A DNA stretch of 54,361 bases, from assembly GCA_050298055.1 (NCBI GenBank), contig JBNKTL010000033.1, forward strand, positions 1-54,361. The letters are read 5' to 3'. The notes beneath the pieces were generated by a model that saw nothing but the letters and a program-made list of their open reading frames with translations, was not told the DNA's origin and made no database searches. Below, one piece after another: positions 46,959-54,361 of the stretch (within the stretch, counting starts at the first letter, position 1; every line of letters begins with the position of its first letter). The position numbers and the translations under genes are program-made. This DNA is from Spirochaetota bacterium (GTDB lineage: Bacteria > Spirochaetota > UBA4802 > UBA5550).

Positions 46959-47738
46959 TTATCGTGAATAATTATTTATTTCCACGGGAATCCCGTACTC
47001 AGGCACCAGAACATTTATTTCCGGATGGATCCGGTCCAGCATTTTTACCAGGGGGGCGGGGTCTATGGTGCTGCTTATGGGCGGGAAGGCATCGTCGAAG
47101 TGATGGAGAAACACATTCCCCGGCATGAGTTTTTCGATAATAGCAAAGGCCATTTCATGGATGCGGCTGTGTCCCTGGAGGGGGAGACTCAAAATATCAA
47201 CGTCCTCCGGATACTCCTCCCCGGGATCGAGACCCAGGCTTCCCAGGTGAAGGAGCCGGAAGCCCTTCCCTTCAACCAGCCAGGTGACCGTCCTGCCTTC
47301 CGGGAAGGGGGCCTTTGCTATCCTGAAAAGCCTTACCGGTGAACATAACGACCGGAAGAGCGTCTTAACGATCAGCCTGATATCGAACCTGATGTGTCTC
47401 CCCCTGAGCATGGTGATATTCACTGACCCTATACCCAGTGATTTTGAAGATTCCGGTATGACAAAGCACTCATCATTCATTCCCTGGTTTTTTTTCAGAT
47501 TTGCGGCTATCTCCGGAGGAAGAAATATCTTTACCCTGATCTGTTCCGAAAAGTATGGGAGATTTTCCGCGTGATCAAAATGTCCGTGAGTCACAAGAAT
47601 TCCCGAAACATCCGGGATATTCTCTAGCTCAAGCTTCGGCATTTCCGGGTTGCGAGTGATATAGGGATCGATAACTATCCCGGTTCCCGATGCATCGATC
47701 CTCACTGAGGCGTTCCCGTACCAGGTGAGTTTTATCAT
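46959..47738 (-). CDS. Metallo-beta-lactamase-fold hydrolase (UlaG/UPF0173-like)
   Basis: IDPY, THGHFDH, HHFDD; AAAGG RBS before ATG 47738. Confidence 0.85.
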   Translation of the reverse strand: MIKLTWYGNASVRIDASGTGIVIDPYITRNPEMPKLELENIPDVSGILVTHGHFDHAENLPYFSEQIRVKIFLPPEIAANLKKNQGMNDECFVIPESSKSLGIGSVNITMLRGRHIRFDIRLIVKTLFRSLCSPVRLFRIAKAPFPEGRTVTWLVEGKGFRLLHLGSLGLDPGEEYPEDVDILSLPLQGHSRIHEMAFAIIEKLMPGNVFLHHFDDAFPPISSTIDPAPLVKMLDRIHPEINVLVPEYGIPVEINNYSR

Positions 47739-47954
47739 GACCTTTCTCGTACTATGAATATTTTGTGTATAAGACTCTCTATAATATGATATCACTAACA
47801 CTAGTTATTCTCAAAATATCATTACTCCAGTCAATGGTTTTTCACGAAAAAATACAGTATGCCACAGGATACGCAGCCCGATACTCCTTCCTGGTCAAAA
47901 AATCATTTACACCAGAACCCTTCATGATACTTTTATCATTGTAAGGGAAAACAG

Positions 47955-49061
47955 ATGTTACAGATTATCTCACAGATCATCATCTTCGGGGGAGCCCTCT
48001 CCCTCTTTCTCGCGGTAACCCAGTTGGTTGCCAGAGACCGGACCACCCAGCATTATCTCATTGCCCTTCTCCTGGTATGCCTGGGGATTTTTCTCTTCAA
48101 GGCCCATTTTATTTATTATGGGATTTCCCTGAAATATCCCGCGACTCTCCTTTTTTCACTTCCAACTTTCCTGTCAATCGGGCCGTTCCTCTATTTCAAT
48201 TTTCTCATGCTTATGGATTCCCGGTTTACAGTAAGCTTCCGGAAGGGCCTTCACCTGCTTCCGGCATTCTTCTTTTTTCTCCTGGAAATTATCTCACTGC
48301 TTTTTATCACTTCCGAGAACGTTATGGGACTGAGAAGACTGGTCCTCAGGGAGTTGTTTACACCGGGGACCTCACCCCTTACCCGGATAATTCAATACTG
48401 TATCTACGGCGCAATATTTAATACAATTTTTTACCAGCTTGCTATTCTCAAAAACACCCTTGATCTCTATAAATTCAGGGAGATGGATATCTTTAAAAAG
48501 CTCCTTTTTCTCATTATCTCCATATCTCTCCTCTCAACAACAAGTTTCTTTTTCCTGATATTTACCGGGAAAAAGTTCTTCCTGCTCTCCGGATTGCTTG
48601 TATTAACATTTCTCATCATGTTTGCCTATATCATTTTTCAGAGAGAAGTGGATTTACTAAAGAATTTAAGCAGCGACTTCCGCAGAAAGAGATATGAACG
48701 GTCACTCCTGAACGGTATCGATACGGAAAACATCCGGAAGCGTCTCTCTGAACTCATGGAAGAGGAAAAACTCTACACCCAGAGTGATATTACCCTCCCG
48801 AAGCTGGCAGAATCCCTCCTGATCACCCAGCACCAGCTCTCCGAATTTCTCAATGAAAAACTCAACATGAATTTCAACACCTTTATCAACAAACACCGCA
48901 TAGACGAAGCAAAAGATCTCCTGCATGCGGACACGGACCTCTCAATTTTACAGATCGCTTACAGTGTGGGATTTAACTCAAAATCGGCATTCAATACCGC
49001 CTTCCGGAACTTCACAAAAACAACGCCGGCAAACTTCCGAAAATCATATTCCCCCAATTAA
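47955..49061 (+). CDS. Membrane-anchored AraC-family regulator (about 7 TM plus double HTH)
   Basis: Hydrophobic N-terminal region; HQLSEFLN, FINKHRI, IAYSVGFNSKSAFNTAF. Confidence 0.9.
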   Translation: MLQIISQIIIFGGALSLFLAVTQLVARDRTTQHYLIALLLVCLGIFLFKAHFIYYGISLKYPATLLFSLPTFLSIGPFLYFNFLMLMDSRFTVSFRKGLHLLPAFFFFLLEIISLLFITSENVMGLRRLVLRELFTPGTSPLTRIIQYCIYGAIFNTIFYQLAILKNTLDLYKFREMDIFKKLLFLIISISLLSTTSFFFLIFTGKKFFLLSGLLVLTFLIMFAYIIFQREVDLLKNLSSDFRRKRYERSLLNGIDTENIRKRLSELMEEEKLYTQSDITLPKLAESLLITQHQLSEFLNEKLNMNFNTFINKHRIDEAKDLLHADTDLSILQIAYSVGFNSKSAFNTAFRNFTKTTPANFRKSYSPN

Positions 49062-49110
49062 TACTTCGACTTCGTGATTTTGTGAAGTTTCACATGAAAT
49101 TTACACAGAA

Positions 49111-49180
49111 AGACCCCTAACCCCCTAAGGGGGCATAAGAGAATTTTTGGTAAATATCTTGCCCCCCTGAGAGATGGGGG
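49111..49180 (+). repeat. ~72-bp hairpin element, copy 4
   Basis: agacccctaaccccctaagggggcataagag..taaatatcttgcccccctgagagatggggg. Confidence 0.85.
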
Positions 49181-49210
49181 AAATAATCAAGGAAAAAATT
49201 CCCAAGGTCC

Positions 49211-49255
49211 CGATTTATAAATCACTCCCTTTTCCTCGTAGCGATTTATCTATCA
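49211..49255 (+). promoter_or_regulatory. Tandem direct repeat, candidate AraC operator
   Basis: CGATTTATAAATCA (49211) and CGATTTATCTATCA (49242), 12/14 identical, 31-bp period. Confidence 0.6.
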
Positions 49256-49320
49256 GGTCGATCCTCTTACTAAAAGTCAATACACTCATACCAATGCTTA
49301 AACACTGAGGAGGACAAGTC

Positions 49321-51045
49321 ATGAATTCAAAATTGATCAAGAGAATAAATTTTCTGGAGCTGCGCGCGAAACTCAACACCCTTGAACCCTCCGGTCTTGT
49401 GACCAAGTACGGAACTCCCCTTTTGGGGGCGATCATGAAGGAGAAAGGATATGAAGTAAAGATCCTTCTGGAAGGGACAAGTGACCTCTCCCTTGAAAAT
49501 ATCGCAGATTGCGACCTTCTCTGTATCCCTGTCTACTCCCCCCTCATGGGCAAAATAAAGGAATACACATTCCGGGTAAAGGAAAAATATCCCCGCATCC
49601 CCATCATCCTTGGAGGTCCCCTGGTAGGAATGCTCCCATTAAAGCTACTGGATGAAGAATTTTTTAAAATGGGAGATTACATGGTCCGGTGTGAAGGGGA
49701 TGAAGCCCTCCCCCAGCTGGTTGACTTTCTCAATAAAGGAAAGGATCTCAAAGAGGTAAAGGGGATCTCATTTAAACGGAGAAACAGTATCGTCCATAAT
49801 CCGGACCGCCTTCCCCCGGAGACATTCTCAACTATTCCGGACCCAACGCTCATTGAGGGTTTTGAAGAAAACCTGAAAGGGGCCGGAAGGTTCAAATATC
49901 TCAACCTCCTGCAGACCTCCCGGGGATGTGCTTTCAACTGCAGTTTTTGTCCCACTGGCAAACTTTTTGGGAAGAAATACAGGAACAGGGACATTGAGAG
50001 CATTATCGCTGATATAAAAGAACGGGTAAAGTACAGTAACATGTTCCTGGTTGTTGACAACAGCTTTCTCAGCAACCGGAAAAGAACGGCAAAACTCCTT
50101 GAACGGATGGTTGATGAAGACCTGGATGCGGGTTATATTATCTTTGAACGGCACGAGATCAGTAAAAACCGCCGGATCCTCACTCTCATGAAGGACGCCA
50201 ACATATTAAGTATCATTGTGGGGATAGAATCCCTGGATGACGACAACCTCAACCTCTACAATAAGAAACAGAAAAGCGCTAATGTTCGGCAGTCGGTAAA
50301 GACCATAATGGACCACGGGATCCATGTGATCGGAACATTCATGATAGGGGGAGACGCGGATACAAAGGAAACTGCCCGGAGTATTACTGAGTTTGTGAAA
50401 AAAACCGGTGTCACCCTCAATCTCTTCATTATGCATGATACGGAGTATGATGAGACCCGGGAGCATGTCATCCCCTTTAACAGAAGGTTTGTGACCTATT
50501 ACAGGAACCAGGAACCGGAAAATACCGATTTCTACGATTACATGACCGGTAATTTCGTGACCTACTTCCCCAAAAGGATGAAACCGAGCACACTGCAGCA
50601 GGCGGTGCTGGATATCTATGAAGAGGCTTACTCCCATAAGAATAACTTAATGAACATCTTTTCCGGGAATATCTTTAAATCACTTTTCGGCGTGGCCCAG
50701 GGATACAGGTTCAAGAGGATCAATAACAATATCAGAAAAATATCAGACAGCTACTATTTAAATTATCTCAAAGAGATTGAGAAGGGTCTCTATGATGAAA
50801 ACGAGGTGCTCAGGGAGGACAAACTCAATGAAATTGATTTTATCCCTATCCCTCTTCCCATAGAAAGAGAATCGGGCAACAACAGCTATGATGCGCTGAT
50901 ATTTCTCTGCACAATACCGGGCGCGATAAGAATAATAATAAAAGTACTTGGAAAAAAGATATTAAAAAGAGCCCGAAAAGGCATCTCCCGTATTTCCCTG
51001 AAAAACAGGACGGGTAAAAAAACATTATCAGCAGGAGGGTATTAA
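49321..51045 (+). CDS. B12-binding radical SAM enzyme
   Basis: IILGGP, EGDE, QTSRGCAFNCSFC, VDNSF, GIES, GTFMIG. Confidence 0.9.
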   Translation: MNSKLIKRINFLELRAKLNTLEPSGLVTKYGTPLLGAIMKEKGYEVKILLEGTSDLSLENIADCDLLCIPVYSPLMGKIKEYTFRVKEKYPRIPIILGGPLVGMLPLKLLDEEFFKMGDYMVRCEGDEALPQLVDFLNKGKDLKEVKGISFKRRNSIVHNPDRLPPETFSTIPDPTLIEGFEENLKGAGRFKYLNLLQTSRGCAFNCSFCPTGKLFGKKYRNRDIESIIADIKERVKYSNMFLVVDNSFLSNRKRTAKLLERMVDEDLDAGYIIFERHEISKNRRILTLMKDANILSIIVGIESLDDDNLNLYNKKQKSANVRQSVKTIMDHGIHVIGTFMIGGDADTKETARSITEFVKKTGVTLNLFIMHDTEYDETREHVIPFNRRFVTYYRNQEPENTDFYDYMTGNFVTYFPKRMKPSTLQQAVLDIYEEAYSHKNNLMNIFSGNIFKSLFGVAQGYRFKRINNNIRKISDSYYLNYLKEIEKGLYDENEVLREDKLNEIDFIPIPLPIERESGNNSYDALIFLCTIPGAIRIIIKVLGKKILKRARKGISRISLKNRTGKKTLSAGGY

Positions 51046-52019
51046 TGAAAAAAAATTTATCTGCAGTTGTTATGATCATATTACTGCACTCTGTTATGAT
51101 CAGCCTTGCCCATGCGGGGACCTTAAAACCGGGAGTACAGGGATCATATCTCATCTGGGACTCCGGTGTGGCGGCCATGAACGTTGACATACTGGAAAAC
51201 CAGATAAAGAAAGAACTGGACCAGGGGGTCCTGAATCTCGGGGACCTTGCCGGTTATGAAAATCTGGAGATCAGTGATCCGGAAACCACCGGGTATATGT
51301 ACGGACCGGTATTATCATATGAAACCGATAATAAGAAATGGGAGTTCCGGGGTTCCCTTATGTGGTTTGGAAAGTATACTACCAGTGTGGATTCAACGGT
51401 AACCATGAGCGCCAACATACCCATATTGGGGAATACAACAATGCCTTTCACAATAAATACCGAAATGGAGATGGAATATAAGGATATTGACCTTCAGGTA
51501 AAAAGGATGATAACCGGGACATTTGGTATCCTTGCGGGATATAACTTCCAGTCGTATAAATCGGAGATTGAATCTGATTATACATTTAACTTTATGTCAG
51601 CCTCTATGAGTGCATCAATGGATTTCAAACTGGATTCCTTCATGCATCTTCTCTACCTGGGAGCGCCTTTCCGGAAGGAGATTTCCCCTCTTTTTCTTGT
51701 AAAGGGAACACTCGGAGCAGGAATCCCCGTTGCGGGAAAAGCGGATCAGAAACTGGTTATCAGCAGCACTTTTTTTAGCGAAGACATTACCAATAACAAC
51801 GGCAAAGTGGTTATGGCTTATCTGGTCTTCGGAGATGTGTCACTGGGTGCAAGACCCGCTCCCAACCTGACAATATGGGCAGGATATCAATACCGCAGGT
51901 TTTCCATGAAATTCGAAGATCTTGACATGAATGCTGACGGCATTTCCAACGAATCCGCCGGTAAAACGGACAATTATCACAGGATAACATTTACGGCCGA
52001 ATACAATATTTCTCTTTAA
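51045..52019 (+). CDS. Putative outer-membrane beta-barrel protein
   Basis: TAATG coupling; signal peptide (LAHA); amphipathic beta strands; ends FTAEYNISL. Confidence 0.65.
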   Translation: MKKNLSAVVMIILLHSVMISLAHAGTLKPGVQGSYLIWDSGVAAMNVDILENQIKKELDQGVLNLGDLAGYENLEISDPETTGYMYGPVLSYETDNKKWEFRGSLMWFGKYTTSVDSTVTMSANIPILGNTTMPFTINTEMEMEYKDIDLQVKRMITGTFGILAGYNFQSYKSEIESDYTFNFMSASMSASMDFKLDSFMHLLYLGAPFRKEISPLFLVKGTLGAGIPVAGKADQKLVISSTFFSEDITNNNGKVVMAYLVFGDVSLGARPAPNLTIWAGYQYRRFSMKFEDLDMNADGISNESAGKTDNYHRITFTAEYNISL

Positions 52020-52049
52020 CTGATGGACCCCTTATCAAGACATAAGGAT

Positions 52050-52092
52050 AAAAACCCGGGACTACCCGAAGTACAAGCAGTCCCGGGTTTTT
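52050..52092. terminator. Bidirectional terminator
   Basis: aaaaacccgggact..agtcccgggttttt between convergent genes. Confidence 0.75.
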
Positions 52093-52154
52093 CGTCAACT
52101 TTCCTGTCTTTTCTCTATGCACGTGTACTTCCCCGGGAAAAACAGATCAACTCA

Positions 52155-52394
52155 TTACTTCAATAAAATCGACTTTAACTGTTCCGTATATTGCCGGAAT
52201 TCGTTATAGAGATTTTTGTCCCTGCAGTGGTTGTTGAACCTGTCAAAATCATCGGGATACTTCTCAGCTGCCGCCAGTATTTCTTTGTAAACATGGTTGA
52301 GACTTGCCATCATTTTTTCATCATCAACCTTGTCCTGGTAATTTTCATAGGCATTAATATAGTCGGCAAGGGTCTTAATAATTTCCGTATTCAT
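52155..52394 (-). CDS. Hypothetical 79-aa helical protein
   Basis: GGGAG RBS before ATG 52394, 13 nt after the PilZ gene stop. Confidence 0.55.
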   Translation of the reverse strand: MNTEIIKTLADYINAYENYQDKVDDEKMMASLNHVYKEILAAAEKYPDDFDRFNNHCRDKNLYNEFRQYTEQLKSILLK

Positions 52395-52407
52395 GTTTTT
52401 CTCCCGG

Positions 52408-53511
52408 TCATGGTTTTTCCAGTCCTTCAATAAACTCATCATAATAGACTTCACTTAACGCATCAATATCATGAATTTCGCACCCGATTTTTATATAGTT
52501 CTTTTTCGTAAATGAAATATTTTTCACATATCCCAGGATATTTGCTTTTAAATTATTCGGCAGAAAGAGATCAAAATAGAGGAGGCTCTCGGTCTTAAAA
52601 TATTTAATATACTTTCTGTCTTTGAATATAATTCCCAGTCCATTCTTCGACACATCCGAAACTCTGAACCTGTCCCCGTATTGCCTTATTATCTGATGTT
52701 TCATAATAAGTTTGTCCGTAACCACAGCCATCTTTTTTGCAAGGGCAAAATACTTCTCATCCATGGGTTTTTCATTATTTATTCTCACAAAGCCGTAGGG
52801 CATTTTCATTTTGTAGATAATGGGAACGGATATTTCGGATTGCAACTTCTTATTTGACTGCAGTCGGTGATCGTTCCGAAAGATCTCTTCAATATATTCA
52901 CGATACATCTCTTTATCTTCATTTTCATCTTCATGATAAATATTTTTTATAAAAAGAGGTTTTATTTTATTTTTAAAATATTTAAACCGGTGGGACACAC
53001 CTTCATTACTGAAATAGATAACGATTACATCAAAGATCGTATCCAACTTGATCTTTATTGCGTCTTTGATTTTTTCGAGTTTTTTCGCATTGTCCGCCAG
53101 GTTATTTTTGATTAAAAAGTCGGAAATGATATTTGATATTGTGATAATTATTTCCTTAAACTTCTCATCCAGCAGGTTTATCCGTGGATCTTTCCTTTCA
53201 CAGGAATAAAATTCAAATTGTTTTGGCCGCAGGGAAACCAGGTCATCCTGCACACGGAGAATTTCGAATTGTCCCGCGAACTCCTCCCCCTTTGTGTTGC
53301 GCGTATAAATAATGAGCTCGTTATCTTCTTCCAGATCAATATCCTGAGAAGATATTTTAAATCTGGCAATATTATCTTTGTATTCGATAAACCGGGCCGC
53401 TACATTCAGGAGCTCTTTTTTGATATAGGGCTTTAACCTTGTATAATAAGAATGCAGAATTTTATCGAATGTACTTCTCTCACTGTATATTTTTTTGTCA
53501 AAAATATTCAT
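52408..53511 (-). CDS. DUF1577-like protein with PilZ motifs (candidate c-di-GMP receptor)
   Basis: ERKDPR (RxxxR), GAF-like SEISVPIIY..PYGFVRI, DVSKNGLG (DxSxxG). Confidence 0.7.
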   Translation of the reverse strand: MNIFDKKIYSERSTFDKILHSYYTRLKPYIKKELLNVAARFIEYKDNIARFKISSQDIDLEEDNELIIYTRNTKGEEFAGQFEILRVQDDLVSLRPKQFEFYSCERKDPRINLLDEKFKEIIITISNIISDFLIKNNLADNAKKLEKIKDAIKIKLDTIFDVIVIYFSNEGVSHRFKYFKNKIKPLFIKNIYHEDENEDKEMYREYIEEIFRNDHRLQSNKKLQSEISVPIIYKMKMPYGFVRINNEKPMDEKYFALAKKMAVVTDKLIMKHQIIRQYGDRFRVSDVSKNGLGIIFKDRKYIKYFKTESLLYFDLFLPNNLKANILGYVKNISFTKKNYIKIGCEIHDIDALSEVYYDEFIEGLEKP

Positions 53512-53754
53512 TCTGCAGATTCCCCCAATACATATTAAAGAAACCGTAACGACTCAGCCATGCATCATAACAAAAAAACTTTTTCAAAAATGAGAAAAAC
53601 ATAAAAAGAAACGGTAATTTTAACCACACAGCCAAATAGCAACATGATAGAGTATCATCATTTCTCATGTAATGCAAATAGATTTTTATATTTTTTCACG
53701 TGAGGATAAGGCTTGAGTAATTAATTTAAAAAGGGAGGTTAAAAAACCTGTTAC

Positions 53755-54015
53755 TCAATTCCCGGTTTTCTTTGACGGTGGATGTTCCATTTTCATATAG
53801 ACTCCTCCCGTTTCAAGTTCATCAAGCATCTGCCGGAGCCTTTTCTCTTTTGTATCTTGCAGCTTTGCCCTGTTTATCCAGCCGATGTAATCATTCTGCT
53901 GATAGGCAGGCCGGTTTTTGTACACTTCTGTCAGACCGTTCTTTTCCAGTGCCTCTTTCACAAACCGGGGCATGGGATGCCGTTGACGCTTCAATCCTGT
54001 TTTCTTATCAGCCAT
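53755..54015 (-). CDS. YdeI/OmpD-associated family protein
   Basis: MPRFVKEAL, RPAYQQNDYIGWINRAK..TKEKRLRQMLDEL..GGVYMKM. Confidence 0.85.
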   Translation of the reverse strand: MADKKTGLKRQRHPMPRFVKEALEKNGLTEVYKNRPAYQQNDYIGWINRAKLQDTKEKRLRQMLDELETGGVYMKMEHPPSKKTGN

Positions 54016-54032
54016 CTATTTCCCCTCTGCTA

Positions 54033-54263
54033 TCAGTGCCCTTTTTCTTTTTCATCCAGTTTTATGACTTGAGGATTTTCCGGAGTTGACCATTCATGGA
54101 GAAGGTCCTCCAGGTACTTTTCTAAATCTTCCTCCTGCACACCTGAAGGAATTATGATATCAGGGGAGATCCGTTTCTTCCCCTCGGGACCGGGAATAAA
54201 AACCTTCCACTGCCCCCCTTCTTTGACTATTTCAATTTTTTTTCCGAATACGCTGTATATCAT
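54033..54263 (-). CDS. Conserved small hypothetical protein
   Basis: MIYSVFGKKI..GPEGKKR..DIIIP..YLEDLLHE; start uncertain (54263 or 54302). Confidence 0.6.
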   Translation of the reverse strand: MIYSVFGKKIEIVKEGGQWKVFIPGPEGKKRISPDIIIPSGVQEEDLEKYLEDLLHEWSTPENPQVIKLDEKEKGH

Positions 54264-54361
54264 ATGCCCATACCAGCTGTAATGATTCTCCTCACTTCTC
54301 ACAAATGAATATCATAAAAAAGTGATTTTATCATGTCAAACTAAATACATCATAAAAATCA

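Overview
Chromosomal window from a bacterium of roughly 40-50% GC. It is probably a free-living spirochaete related to Leptospirales; this is inferred from a LipL45/FecR-like lipoprotein, DUF1577/PilZ-like and DUF1564-like proteins and a membrane-anchored AraC. It holds about 55 protein genes and no rRNA, tRNA, CRISPR array or transposase that I could recognise. Housekeeping genes (trmB 3' end, htpX, mpaA, type III glutamine synthetase, rlmD-like, an amidase) are interspersed with several unusual modules. (1) An ECF sigma / membrane anti-sigma / exported caspase-beta-barrel operon, preceded by a stand-alone, indel-free ~50%-identical copy of the caspase's barrel. This is the best candidate for an undescribed trans-envelope proteolytic signalling system. 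(2) A YeeE/YedE transporter, a TusA-like protein and a translationally coupled hybrid kinase. (3) A 'YLDPGSGS' micro-membrane protein, a kinase-methyltransferase fusion and an LtaS/EptA-like transferase. (4) An MNT-HEPN pair with both active sites degenerate. (5) Orphan immunity and antitoxin remnants. (6) An AraC - B12 radical SAM - beta-barrel unit with a visible tandem operator. (7) At least three families of dispersed intergenic palindromic repeats. Two genes absent from the ORF track were found: the trmB 3' end (2-322) and a 47-aa ORF (24073-24216). All family assignments come from motif recognition by eye, not from database searches.
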